Positions 1 to 9,811 of a stretch of 64,000 bases of DNA are shown piece after piece. Where the stretch lies: positions 62,001 through 126,000 of IMG/VR virus record IMGVR_UViG_3300028569_002417, one strand, 5' to 3'. The position numbers and the translations under genes are program-made. Numbering within the stretch: position 1 is the stretch's first letter; each line of letters opens with the position of its first letter. The notes under the pieces are model-generated. The model saw only the letters and a program-made list of their open reading frames with translations. It searched no databases and was not told the DNA's origin.

Positions 1-161
1 TTTTCAACTGGGGTGATGATGTTATCATCTTCTTTTATTTCAGGTTTACATTTCATATTATGAAGTATAAATTTTTCATTATTCCATAATGATTGTTGTT
101 TCATTACTGGGTTTGGTTTCTGGAGTGTGTAGAGAGATCCGTCCTTATTTTTGAGTGCCAT
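1..161 (-). CDS. Hypothetical protein, 5' part (runs off window)
   Basis: Manual translation from ATG at 161 gives MALKNKDGSLYTLQKPNPVMKQQSLWNNEKFILHNM..., open to the window edge. Not in the ORF track. Confidence 0.7.
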   Translation of the reverse strand, partial: MALKNKDGSLYTLQKPNPVMKQQSLWNNEKFILHNMKCKPEIKEDDNIITPVE

Positions 162-224
162 AAAATATAGTAGTGCAAAAAAAATTAGATTGTCATATAT
201 AAAATGACGCAAGAAGAGGTATTT

Positions 225-647
225 ATGGCATTGGTAGTTCCTAACGAGAGCGACATTTTGATGTTGCAATATATCGTTAATCAGTTGGCACAGGATGGTT
301 CTGCTGGCTCCGCAGGGGGCGAAAGAATCTTGCGTTTATATACTAACAACTATGTACCTTCAAAAACGACTTCAATAGGTGATTTGACTGAGACAACTGC
401 TTCTGGCTACTCTGTTATTACTTTGTATGGTGCCAACTGGACTGTGGCCACATCTACTGCTGGGACTAACTCAGCGGCATATAGTGAGCAAAGTTTCTAT
501 TTTTCGGCAGCAGTTACTGTTTACGGTTATTATGTTACTGATTTGACATCTAATTTATTGTGGGTGGAAAGATTTTCCACGGCTCCGTTCACCTTACCAT
601 CCGGTGGTGGCGAGATCGCAATTACCCCACGACTTACTCTTGATTAA
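225..647 (+). CDS. Probable virion structural protein
   Basis: ORF 204..647; the ATG at 225 follows GAGGT. Thr/Ser/Gly-rich beta-type composition, upstream ATATATA, downstream terminator. Confidence 0.6.
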   Translation: MALVVPNESDILMLQYIVNQLAQDGSAGSAGGERILRLYTNNYVPSKTTSIGDLTETTASGYSVITLYGANWTVATSTAGTNSAAYSEQSFYFSAAVTVYGYYVTDLTSNLLWVERFSTAPFTLPSGGGEIAITPRLTLD

Positions 648-667
648 AAAATATATAATTTAATTTC

Positions 668-699
668 AAAAACCCTGATCTCTTGGGATTGGGGTTTTT
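668..699 (+). terminator. Rho-independent terminator
   Basis: AAAAACCC-TGATC...GGATT-GGGGTTTTT stem followed by a T-run. Confidence 0.75.
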
Positions 700-765
700 G
701 TTTTTTTTATAAAATATCATTAAAAATTTGAGCTAACAAGTAAATAAAACAAAGGGGCAGAAATT

Positions 766-3639
766 ATGTTGGACTTTAGATCATGGCTTTTATTTACCGA
801 AGCACCATCTGATTACACATGGATTGAAAAAGATCCAGAAGATTACGAAACAGAACTTGCAGCTTATATGCAATCAAAACTTGGTAAATTAGGACAAGGT
901 GAAAGGCCAAGCCCCTACAAAAGAGTTATGGCTGACACCATAAAAGGTGTTATGTCTTCAGGTTCAGGTTCAGCAAAAACTAAAAAGAAGAAAAGAAAAA
1001 AGCCTGAAGGAACACCAGAAGAAAGAGCAGCAGCAAGAGAAATATCAAAAATAAAAAGTAAAGAAATAGCTCGCAATCCTCTTGTGCGATATATTAAAGA
1101 AATTGATGACGTATTCATGACTAAACTTGGACTTTTCAAAATAGAAAATGGCAAGAAAGTATTGGCAGAGAAAAGTCTCGCTGATATGATTATGAAAATT
1201 TGTCGTAAAGCTAAAGCGAATTTATTAAGGCGTGGAAAAGAAGTAGATATAGATGATATTTTTTCTGATACCATTAGCATATTGCACACGGCTCCAAAAG
1301 GAATTCTCAATGATAATAGCACCATCCCCGATAATCAGTTCCTAAAAGTAAAAGCAATGCAAAATTCTGATGGGACTTTGCCAGAAGATAAGTATGAAAA
1401 AGTAATGAGTATGGTTGGTAGCCAAGCAAAAAATTATTCTGGATATGTTGGTTGGGAAATAAGCATGTACGGAACAAGATGGAGAGATAGAAAAAATATA
1501 GAATCGCCAGACGTAATTAAATTCGAGCCAATTGCCACAGATAAAAAAACACAAAGACAAAAAGATATTGAAAGAGATGATCGCTTAGCTCTTAGATCAG
1601 GAATAGTAGGATCTCCAGCCGAGAGAATGTTAAATATTGAAAAAGATTTTCCAGACTTTTCTAAAAAGTTACTTGCCTATTTTAATGGTAAAGATTCAAA
1701 CGAGATGCTTCTTCAAATGGTTCGTAAACTTTTTGATGAAATGAAAAAAGATGCTGGAAACCAAAAGATAGTCAACCAAGATGAATTACAAAAAATTGTT
1801 GACAATGCTGAAATTTTATTCGTTGTCAAAAAAGAAGAAACTGCCGAAAGAGTCAAAGAAATTTCAAGAGTACAGCCAGAAACTTACAAATCTGAACGCC
1901 AAAAAAGATTAACTCGTAACCTTATTGGCACAAGCAGAGAGCCTTATACGAGTGTAAAAATTGGAGGAGAAGAAGAAGACGTATTTGCAGAACCTGATGA
2001 AAAGCTAGAAAAGAATGTTTTAAGTGTTATTGACGATTTAATAAATAATTCAACTGCCGAATTAACCAAGGAAAAGTGGAAAAAAATCAAAAAAGTAGCA
2101 TTTTATGTTCTTGATGCTGACCATAGATGGAACAAAAGTCAAGTTGCTGAGTTTTTAAGAACTAGTCCACCAAATGCCGAAATATATATCAAAGAAATCA
2201 GAAAAATAGCAAAAGAAGTTGCTCTTGATCCTAAAGGTCTTGGACTTAATGAGCCTCAAGAAACTGAAGAAATTATTAAAGGTGGAAAAATTCCACTAAC
2301 TCCTTTCCAAAAATCTCTTGCTGCTGGTAAACCTGATCCAAGTCTTAAAAGATTAGTTAGACACGGTGAAAAAGGTCAAAAACACTATACACTTCCCGGA
2401 GATTTTGCACAAGAAAGAAAAGGAACAACTCCTCAACAAGTGGCAAGGAGAGAAGTAAGTGATCAAGAAAAGAAAATAATGGCAGATGATACTCTTCGTA
2501 AAATAAATAAACTTTACAAACTTGATCAGGAAAGAATAAAAAAAGAACAATTGCCTTTATTCGTTGTTGATCAAAGAGTAAGCAACTATGGTGATGCTTC
2601 AGCAACTACAATTGATCCCGGTGAACAGCATAGATCAAGTGTGGCATCAATAAGATTGTGGAAAGCACAATCTGAATTGTCTTATGCCAAAGCAACACTA
2701 GAATCTTATGAAAATAAACTTAGAGAACTTGAAAAACAAGCTGGAAATTTAGATGTTAAGCTATTGAGTGATTTACGAAATAGCAGAGATGAGATGAAAA
2801 ATCAAGTAGATAAGCTTGAAAAGGAAATAAAAGAACTTAAATCGTTGACAGACAAGGAAGTTTCCGTACTAGGAAACATAAAGCGTTCTGAATTAACAGA
2901 TACAGCAGAAACACCTTTCCTTGTAAAATACGATAATGATCCAGAGGCAAGTCCATATGCTAGCAACAAGGGCATGGCAGGTAAAAAGCCTCTTGGAAGA
3001 TTGAAAGCATTGCGTGATATTTTGAACAAAGCAAATGATCCTCGTTTGGACAGCGAAGAAGTAAAGAAACACTTTAATGCTCCTTTACCTCGTGCTATGC
3101 CCGGAGAAAGGCTTCAAGCTCTTCCAGTTGGTCGTTTTACAAATCAGGGTCGTACCAGCAATGCCTATCTTACTGGCTTAAGACCAAGTCAAATTGGTAT
3201 TGATGCCGAAAAATCCTTTATGAATAAATATGTTACCGGAATGCCGGGAATGCGTCCCGGAAAAAAATATTATCCTCATCCCACAGATGATCCAAAAACA
3301 CGACTTGTTCCAGATCTGGATCATGATGTATTATGGGACACTGATTTCGATGGTTATCCCGAAATTCCCGGCAGCAGGGAATACATGAACTGGCAACAAA
3401 ATAGAAAAAGGCCAGAAGCACCAGAAGCACCAGAAGCACCAGAAGCACCACCAGAAGCACCAGAAGCGCCAGTTGGTGCTAAAAAGCGTGGTCGTCCTAG
3501 ATCAACACCAGAAATAATAGCACCAGTTATAGCACCAACTGGCGCTGCAAAGCGTGGTCGTCCTCGCAAAGTTGAATCAACTGGAAATGGATGGATTTCT
3601 TTGTCTGAGCATATGGCTAGAAGGCGTTTTGCATTCTAG
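766..3639 (+). CDS. Large Lys/Glu-rich protein with capsid-targeting-like N-terminus, HTH-like segment, coiled coil and two C-terminal AT-hooks
   Basis: N-terminus MLDFRSWLLFTEA; KKRGRPR and AKRGRPRK near the C-terminus; upstream GTAAATA. Confidence 0.6.
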   Translation: MLDFRSWLLFTEAPSDYTWIEKDPEDYETELAAYMQSKLGKLGQGERPSPYKRVMADTIKGVMSSGSGSAKTKKKKRKKPEGTPEERAAAREISKIKSKEIARNPLVRYIKEIDDVFMTKLGLFKIENGKKVLAEKSLADMIMKICRKAKANLLRRGKEVDIDDIFSDTISILHTAPKGILNDNSTIPDNQFLKVKAMQNSDGTLPEDKYEKVMSMVGSQAKNYSGYVGWEISMYGTRWRDRKNIESPDVIKFEPIATDKKTQRQKDIERDDRLALRSGIVGSPAERMLNIEKDFPDFSKKLLAYFNGKDSNEMLLQMVRKLFDEMKKDAGNQKIVNQDELQKIVDNAEILFVVKKEETAERVKEISRVQPETYKSERQKRLTRNLIGTSREPYTSVKIGGEEEDVFAEPDEKLEKNVLSVIDDLINNSTAELTKEKWKKIKKVAFYVLDADHRWNKSQVAEFLRTSPPNAEIYIKEIRKIAKEVALDPKGLGLNEPQETEEIIKGGKIPLTPFQKSLAAGKPDPSLKRLVRHGEKGQKHYTLPGDFAQERKGTTPQQVARREVSDQEKKIMADDTLRKINKLYKLDQERIKKEQLPLFVVDQRVSNYGDASATTIDPGEQHRSSVASIRLWKAQSELSYAKATLESYENKLRELEKQAGNLDVKLLSDLRNSRDEMKNQVDKLEKEIKELKSLTDKEVSVLGNIKRSELTDTAETPFLVKYDNDPEASPYASNKGMAGKKPLGRLKALRDILNKANDPRLDSEEVKKHFNAPLPRAMPGERLQALPVGRFTNQGRTSNAYLTGLRPSQIGIDAEKSFMNKYVTGMPGMRPGKKYYPHPTDDPKTRLVPDLDHDVLWDTDFDGYPEIPGSREYMNWQQNRKRPEAPEAPEAPEAPPEAPEAPVGAKKRGRPRSTPEIIAPVIAPTGAAKRGRPRKVESTGNGWISLSEHMARRRFAF
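3412..3471 (+). repeat. 9-nt coding tandem repeat (CCAGAAGCA, Pro-Glu-Ala) x6
   Basis: Read directly from the sequence. Confidence 0.95.
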
Positions 3640-3656
3640 AAATTTAAGGAGGGATC

Positions 3657-4199
3657 TTGGCTCTATGTAATTTGGATGGAACTCCATATCAATTAAGAGG
3701 TAGTACTCAAATGTTCGATCCATTGGATCGAACACACGACCTTTTTAATTTGTGGGATCAGGAAGCGATCAAGAGAGGTGGATCTCCGATTTATTATTAT
3801 GAGGTTATAATCAGTCCTGATATGATTGACCCTATTTATTTGGAAGCGAGAAATAAATTATTTTCAAACAATCCTGTTGAGTTGTGGTGTACTTATGAGC
3901 CTATACCTTCACAGAACTTATTGAATCAGTTTGGAATTGATGCTCCAGATGAAATGAAGTTTGAACTTAATTATCGTGCTGTTTTGCAAAATGTAGGACA
4001 TCCTCCTAAAATTGGTTCGAGATTGTTTACTCCACATCTTAGAGAAAACTGGGTTGTTGTTCAAAGAAACTTAGGTGAATTCAAGATGTGGGGAGCTTTG
4101 AGATTGGAATTGATTTGTCAGAGATTCCAAGAAGATGTTGTTACTGGAGAAGGTAAGGTTACAGAAAAACAACCTGATATCAAAATTAAAATTGTTTAA
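3657..4199 (+). CDS. Neck/head-closure protein, T4 gp14-like
   Basis: TTG start after AGGAGG. Motifs G..IYYY, IYLE..NK.F, QFGID..DE..F; located upstream of gp15/sheath. Confidence 0.65.
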   Translation: MALCNLDGTPYQLRGSTQMFDPLDRTHDLFNLWDQEAIKRGGSPIYYYEVIISPDMIDPIYLEARNKLFSNNPVELWCTYEPIPSQNLLNQFGIDAPDEMKFELNYRAVLQNVGHPPKIGSRLFTPHLRENWVVVQRNLGEFKMWGALRLELICQRFQEDVVTGEGKVTEKQPDIKIKIV

Positions 4200-4210
4200 C
4201 GAGGTGATAT

Positions 4211-4552
4211 ATGAAGTCTTTTTATGAGTTTTATCTTCAGATTCAAAGAGAAGCAGCATTAGCTCCTGCTGCTCCTGCGGCTGGTGCTGCTCCTGCCCCT
4301 GCTGCTGGTGCTGCTCCTGCTGCTGCTGCTGCCCCTGCTGCTGGTGCTGCTCCTGCTGCTCCCGGTGCTGTTGGTACAGCCCCTCCTGCTGCTCCTGTTT
4401 CTAAAGACCCCGCAATTGCCAGTTTAGCAACTGCTATTGCTAAAAACCCAGCGGGATTTAAGGTTTATAAGGATGCATTGGTCAAAGTTACAGATACCAA
4501 ATTGAAGCCAGCAGTAGATTCACTATTAGCTGCTCTCAATATTCCAAAATAA
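4211..4552 (+). CDS. Ala/Pro-rich putative internal head protein
   Basis: GAGGTG SD; N-terminus MKSFYEFYLQIQREA; PAAGAAPA repeats. Confidence 0.65.
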   Translation: MKSFYEFYLQIQREAALAPAAPAAGAAPAPAAGAAPAAAAAPAAGAAPAAPGAVGTAPPAAPVSKDPAIASLATAIAKNPAGFKVYKDALVKVTDTKLKPAVDSLLAALNIPK

Positions 4553-4697
4553 AGCTTTGTCTTTTGAATAGATTTGGTTTATGAATTTTTGGGAAGTACC
4601 AAAGAGGTAATTTAGGTTTTTGAAAAGAAGTCACTGGTTCACCTGCGATATAGGGGATGAATCTTTGACTTCTTTTTTTTATTTTATAATTTTTCAT
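4536..4697 (-). CDS. Small basic hypothetical protein (53 aa)
   Basis: MKNYKIKKRSQRFIPYIAGEPV...ILEY*; its ATG overlaps the upstream stop (ATGA) and it fills the intergenic gap. Confidence 0.45.
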   Translation of the reverse strand: MKNYKIKKRSQRFIPYIAGEPVTSFQKPKLPLWYFPKIHKPNLFKRQSFILEY

Positions 4698-5524
4698 TTT
4701 TCTTTTTTCTTTGGGAAGAAAATTTTCTTTTTCGTTATTTTTCTATATTTTCTATAAGTTTCATCAGCAATACTTTGCAGGAATTGGTGTACGCCTTCTT
4801 TCCCTTTTTTAACATAAATTCTGTTTAGGATTTTATATTTGTCATCAAAGTTATTTCCTTTATTATCATACCAATCATTTTCTGTAAATTTTTTGCAGAA
4901 TGTTTGAATTGAGTCATCTAGAAGTCCTCTTGCGGATTGTTCTCCTGATGTCATTGGTTTAATTTCGTATAGAACTTTACGAGGAACTATGAGTATTTGT
5001 GCGTATGGTTCATTTTTTCTAAAAATATAAGTTTGTCCCGGCATTGGATTTTTGAAAACAACAAAAAATATTTTTGGCCACATGATTGTATTAATGTGAC
5101 CCGGTATTACTAAAGGAACGGTATAAGTTTCATCGGTATAATATCTTGGGTGAGGTTCGATACGAAGAACATATCCATCAGGAACTTCAATATCGAGGCA
5201 TGATGTCATGCCAAAATGTCCGGGTGCGAATGTTGAAAAGGGAGGCATTATGGAATTTGGCAAAATTTTATTTTCTTCTGTGAAGTCACCTATAAATTTT
5301 ACTTCACCATTAATTGTTTTAACATGAAATTCTGTATTAAAAGAATAAAGAAGTTCAAGTCCATAGGTAGATCCTTCAACAAATGGAGTGCAATGCCAAG
5401 GTTGAGGTATATCTCCATCTTTATGATCATTTGGTTCACCAGACCATCCGGGAATCTGCAATCGAATATGTTGAGGAGGCTGGCCCTGATACCAAGACCT
5501 GTATTTCAGCAGTATTTTTTCCAT
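4694..5524 (-). CDS. DUF6065-like / dUTPase-fold protein
   Basis: HCTPFVEG..YGLEL and FRKNEPYAQIL motifs. Start moved to MEKILL because the longer call overlaps the divergent gene. Confidence 0.5.
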   Translation of the reverse strand: MEKILLKYRSWYQGQPPQHIRLQIPGWSGEPNDHKDGDIPQPWHCTPFVEGSTYGLELLYSFNTEFHVKTINGEVKFIGDFTEENKILPNSIMPPFSTFAPGHFGMTSCLDIEVPDGYVLRIEPHPRYYTDETYTVPLVIPGHINTIMWPKIFFVVFKNPMPGQTYIFRKNEPYAQILIVPRKVLYEIKPMTSGEQSARGLLDDSIQTFCKKFTENDWYDNKGNNFDDKYKILNRIYVKKGKEGVHQFLQSIADETYRKYRKITKKKIFFPKKKEK

Positions 5525-5553
5525 AAACAAACCTAGATAGATGAGGAGAAAAA

Positions 5554-6537
5554 ATGAATCCAACTGGAAATCATGGTCAAAGACCTCTTGATCAATGCAA
5601 TGATGTTGGCGGCTCACAAGATCCAATCCTTGATAAAGCGCCTCCATATTGCGAACCTGATCTTAGCAATAATCTGAGAAAAATCAATGACGAAAGTATG
5701 AATTGGCTTAAAGATCAGGCCATGCAAAAGACTGGTTTCGGAGCAAGGGCTGATAGCGACCCGATGCAAAAAGGCAGGATTATCAATGATCCTGATAATC
5801 CTGATCGTACTGTTCTTTATCGTTACTCAAAATCAATTCGTGGTTCTGATGAAGCAATGCTTGATCTTTTCCGCAATGTAATTGTGATTGACGAAGACGG
5901 AAAAGGTTGGCCAATTCCAATTATGCTTGGTCCACCAGAAAAAGCTGTTGCAGCGATGATCCAAGAAAATATTCGTAAAGATGAAACACTTGTTGTGAAT
6001 AGAATTAGATTGCCGATGATGGCTTTAACACAAGGAAGTATTGAATATGATTTAAGCAGATATACTTATCACAAAGCATTGAATTTTTTCCAACAATATG
6101 ATGGATCACCGGGAACGACAATAAGCGAAAAATATAAAAAAGATACTGTTTTGGGATTTGCAAAAGGTATTCCGGTTAATATTGGATATGCTTTAACTGC
6201 TTGGACAATGTACAGAGAAGACATGAACCAAATAGTAGAGCAAATAATTACAAAATTTAGTCAAGTTGCATACATACGAGTGACTGGTGTACCGTGGGAG
6301 GTAATAGTTAAATTAGATTCAATTGCGAACAACCTGAATAATGAGCCGGGTGATCAGCAAATTAGAGTTATAAAATACGAATTTAATATGACCGTACAGA
6401 CATATATACCTCAGCCAATTGAACGTAAGAAATCTGTTCTAAAAATGAAAGTTGACTTTGTTGACGGAATTACAGATCAGGAAATTACAGAGGTTTTAGG
6501 CAGAATTGAAAAGACAGTAAAGGAATTGGAATGTTAG
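5554..6537 (+). CDS. Tail terminator / sheath stabiliser, T4 gp15-like
   Basis: LPMMAL...IEYD..R and IPVNIGY.L......DMNQIVEQI motifs; upstream of the sheath gene. Confidence 0.8.
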   Translation: MNPTGNHGQRPLDQCNDVGGSQDPILDKAPPYCEPDLSNNLRKINDESMNWLKDQAMQKTGFGARADSDPMQKGRIINDPDNPDRTVLYRYSKSIRGSDEAMLDLFRNVIVIDEDGKGWPIPIMLGPPEKAVAAMIQENIRKDETLVVNRIRLPMMALTQGSIEYDLSRYTYHKALNFFQQYDGSPGTTISEKYKKDTVLGFAKGIPVNIGYALTAWTMYREDMNQIVEQIITKFSQVAYIRVTGVPWEVIVKLDSIANNLNNEPGDQQIRVIKYEFNMTVQTYIPQPIERKKSVLKMKVDFVDGITDQEITEVLGRIEKTVKELEC

Positions 6538-6752
6538 AAATAACGAATAAGAAGAGACATCCAGTGCAATTGATCATCAGGTCTAGGAGAGCCACAAAGT
6601 CTTTCACTACTCTAAATCTTCCCGGCGTTGGAGCAGGGAAAAATATTTTTGTTTTGGAAGATGAAAGATCAACACCATATATAGATAGAGCAGAAAAAGA
6701 TGGATTAATTTCCATAAGGCAAATAACAAACAAGTTACGAAAGGGAGAATAA
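6531..6752 (+). CDS. Hypothetical protein
   Basis: Co-oriented 73-aa ORF tightly packed between gp15-like and sheath genes. Confidence 0.65.
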   Translation: MLEITNKKRHPVQLIIRSRRATKSFTTLNLPGVGAGKNIFVLEDERSTPYIDRAEKDGLISIRQITNKLRKGE

Positions 6753-6756
6753 GACT

Positions 6757-9120
6757 ATGGCGATTCTTAAAGGTTTTCCACCATCTAATACAATCAGCCC
6801 AAGTGTTAGAATTGCTGAAAAAGACTTGAGCTTCATCGCACCTGAACAGTCAACGCATACGGCAGGATTGGTTGGATTTGCCTCTAAAGGCCCAGTCAAT
6901 CTTCCTATTGCGATTGCTACTTCACGTCAGTTGCATACAACTTTTGGCAATCCTCATCCTGATATGGGTGATCCATTCTTGATTTATGCAGCAGATCAAT
7001 ATCTCCTCGTCGCAAATACACTTTATGTAGTGCGTGTTGCAGATACCGATCCTGTTTCTGATGAGCAGGCTACAACCGCTTCAGTAGATGTTCTGGCAGC
7101 TGGATCAATTATTGAAATTGAAGCTAACGGCGAAGCCGGTCCTTACACTTTTGACGAAGATTCATTCTTCCGTTGGAAACTTAATGGTCAGCTTTCAACA
7201 AAAACACTAGTTGTTCTTGCAGATACATATACAACTGATGAACTTGTCATAGCTTTGAATGATCAGCTTGATACTATTCTTGACGGTATTGAGTTTTACG
7301 CAAATACCTCTGATGAAATTGGTGTAAAAACCGTTTGGGCCTATGGACCTAGCGCCAGCCTTGAACTGGTTTCAATTCAGAATGCAATTTACGGTGGTTC
7401 TGTAAACGATACAGATAACATTCGTGACAACCCAACTGGTTTGGGTACAGGCATGACCCGTGCTTCAGTAACAGGTTCTAATGATCGTTGGCCAATCAAT
7501 GGCTATCAGGTTTCTGGCCATTATGAATTCACAGGTCTTACCGATCAGGTAATTGAGCTTGTGGTCGATGGCACTGATAATATTTTGATTGATCAAGTTG
7601 TTCAGACAATTACAATCGCTGATGGCGCTGCTTACACAAGCATCAACGATGTTATCTCTGATATTAATGATCAGAAGGCTGAAAACGGCGGAACTCTTCC
7701 CGGTGGCTGGACAGCACTAGCCTCTGGAACACAGCTTCGCTTCGTTACTAATCATCATGGCGCTGATGCTCGTCTTCGCATCAAGCCAGCTAGCACTGAA
7801 GTTTTTGGACTTTCAACTCTTACCGTAACTGGTACAAGTCCTGAAGGTACAACTGGCTCAGTCAGCATCGAAACTTTTGGTTTGGTTAACGGTGGTGCAA
7901 ATAGCGGTGGCGATGTTTCCTTTGTTATAAACGCTGATTCACCGGGCATTGATGGTAACGTAACTCAAGTTCTTATCACTAATAGCTCTGTTGATTCAAC
8001 TTTTAACTTGGAAGTTTATGCAAATGGAGTTCAAGTTGAATCTTGGGGCAATCTGACAAAGAATGCAACAAGCCGATTCTATGTTGAAACCTATTTGGCT
8101 CTGGTATCTGATTATGTCAGACCTATAGACAACACCTTAGTTGGCGCTGGTCCTGCTAGTGGCACTTACAATCTTGCAGGCGGCTCTGACGGTATCCCCG
8201 CAGATCCTGACAAGCAAGACGTGCTTCTAATGGGCAGTCCTATTGGCTACACAGGCATTTATACTCTCAGCGAACCTGAGCAAGTAAATATTGACCTGAT
8301 TGCAGTTCCCGGTCACTCAAGCACAGCAGTTGTTCAAGAACTTCTACTGTTCTGTCGTGACTATCGTCAAGATTGTCTTGCAATCATCGACGCTCCTTTC
8401 GGTTTGACTGTTAAGGAAGTTGTTGCTTGGCAGAACGGTGCTCATCCGCTTAACAATACTCGATTTGATAGCGATTTTGGCGCACTTTACTGGCCTTGGG
8501 TTAAAATCTATGATCCATACAACAAAGTTGATGTATGGTGTCCTCCAAGCGGTTCAATCATGGCAGTTATCGCTCGTAGCGATTTTCTGGGAGCTCCTTG
8601 GTTTGCTCCAGCTGGACTTACTCGTGGTGTTGTTCCTAACATTACAGATGTCTATAGTCGTCCTACTTTGGAAGAACGTGATACGATGTACGGCAATCGC
8701 AACTGCGTAAATCCAATCATACAGTTCGCTGATGTTCAAGGTTTCGTGGTATTCGGCCAGAAAACCTTGCAGCGCACTCCTACTGCTCTTGACCGTGTTA
8801 ATGTTCGCCGTCTGATGTTTTATATCGAGAAGGCTATTCGCACCGCAAGTCGCACCTTGTTGTTCGATCCAAATGATGGAATTTTCCAGCAGAAGTTTAT
8901 AACTATCGCAGAAAATATTCTTAGTCAGGTTCAAGTTGGTCGTGGGTTGACTGCTTATATTATCAAAGCCGATGCCGAACTCAATACTGTTGATGTTATC
9001 GACCGTAATGAATTCCGTGCAAGAATTGGTGTGCAACCAACCCGTGCTGCTGAATTTATGTTCATCGAATTCTCGATTCACAGAACTGGCAGCTTTGTAG
9101 TAGGCGCTGAAACATTCTAA
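6757..9120 (+). CDS. Contractile tail sheath protein (gp18-like)
   Basis: SPSV.I.EKD, ALYWPW, PPSG, PWFAPAG, NPI, GQKT, DRVNVRRL, QPTRAAEF motifs. Confidence 0.97.
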   Translation: MAILKGFPPSNTISPSVRIAEKDLSFIAPEQSTHTAGLVGFASKGPVNLPIAIATSRQLHTTFGNPHPDMGDPFLIYAADQYLLVANTLYVVRVADTDPVSDEQATTASVDVLAAGSIIEIEANGEAGPYTFDEDSFFRWKLNGQLSTKTLVVLADTYTTDELVIALNDQLDTILDGIEFYANTSDEIGVKTVWAYGPSASLELVSIQNAIYGGSVNDTDNIRDNPTGLGTGMTRASVTGSNDRWPINGYQVSGHYEFTGLTDQVIELVVDGTDNILIDQVVQTITIADGAAYTSINDVISDINDQKAENGGTLPGGWTALASGTQLRFVTNHHGADARLRIKPASTEVFGLSTLTVTGTSPEGTTGSVSIETFGLVNGGANSGGDVSFVINADSPGIDGNVTQVLITNSSVDSTFNLEVYANGVQVESWGNLTKNATSRFYVETYLALVSDYVRPIDNTLVGAGPASGTYNLAGGSDGIPADPDKQDVLLMGSPIGYTGIYTLSEPEQVNIDLIAVPGHSSTAVVQELLLFCRDYRQDCLAIIDAPFGLTVKEVVAWQNGAHPLNNTRFDSDFGALYWPWVKIYDPYNKVDVWCPPSGSIMAVIARSDFLGAPWFAPAGLTRGVVPNITDVYSRPTLEERDTMYGNRNCVNPIIQFADVQGFVVFGQKTLQRTPTALDRVNVRRLMFYIEKAIRTASRTLLFDPNDGIFQQKFITIAENILSQVQVGRGLTAYIIKADAELNTVDVIDRNEFRARIGVQPTRAAEFMFIEFSIHRTGSFVVGAETF

Positions 9121-9151
9121 AAATTAAAGGAAGTTAAAAAAGGAGAATAAG

Positions 9152-9742
9152 ATGGCAGACATAACAAACATGGGATTAGGATCAATTGGCGGGAACAGTA
9201 TTGTTTTCAAAAGAAAGTACCGATGGACTTTCGCTGTGCGCTGGAATGGAGGAGACATTCCTACCGCATTCGTAAAAGTTGCAAACCGTCCCAATCTTAC
9301 AATTGAACAGACTGAAATTAACTATCTGCATGGTAAGATGTGGATTCCCGGTAAAGGTACTTGGGAAACACTAACTGTAAGCTACTACGATATTGGCGGT
9401 GATGATGCCAAAGGTATGAAAACCTTATGGGATTGGCTTGTTACAGTTTATAACTTCACCGATCCAGATACTCTGAAGCAGACATCAAAAAGAGGAGCTG
9501 ACGGCAACAGCACAGGTTGGGCCGCAGTTGGCAATCTTACCATGTATGATGGTACTGGTGCAGAAATGGAAAACTGGAGACTTAAGAATCTTTGGCCAGC
9601 TGCCATTAACTTCGGCGACCTTGATTACGGTTCTTCAGAAGTAGCGACACTAGATCTTACAATGAGATTTAGTGAGGCCAAATGGACTCCAAGTTGCGGT
9701 GTTCTACCACCTACTGCGACTCCAATCGGTTGCAACGGCTAA
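9152..9742 (+). CDS. Tail tube protein (gp19-like), probably major
   Basis: RP.LTIE......PGK.TWE.LTV.YYD, W.L...WP..INFGDLDY; follows the sheath gene. Confidence 0.9.
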   Translation: MADITNMGLGSIGGNSIVFKRKYRWTFAVRWNGGDIPTAFVKVANRPNLTIEQTEINYLHGKMWIPGKGTWETLTVSYYDIGGDDAKGMKTLWDWLVTVYNFTDPDTLKQTSKRGADGNSTGWAAVGNLTMYDGTGAEMENWRLKNLWPAAINFGDLDYGSSEVATLDLTMRFSEAKWTPSCGVLPPTATPIGCNG

Positions 9743-9767
9743 AATTAAAAATAAAATTTCAATTTTG

Positions 9768-9796
9768 AGCCTCGTATATAATACGAGGCTTTTTTA
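9768..9796 (+). terminator. Rho-independent terminator between the two tube genes
   Basis: AGCCTCGTAT-ATA-ATACGAGGCT perfect stem plus T-run. Confidence 0.85.
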
Positions 9797-9811
9797 TTTA
9801 TAGAGGTGTAA

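Noticed and set aside
5525-5647. N-terminal extension of the 317-aa ORF
   Set aside because: Overlaps the divergent gp15-like gene
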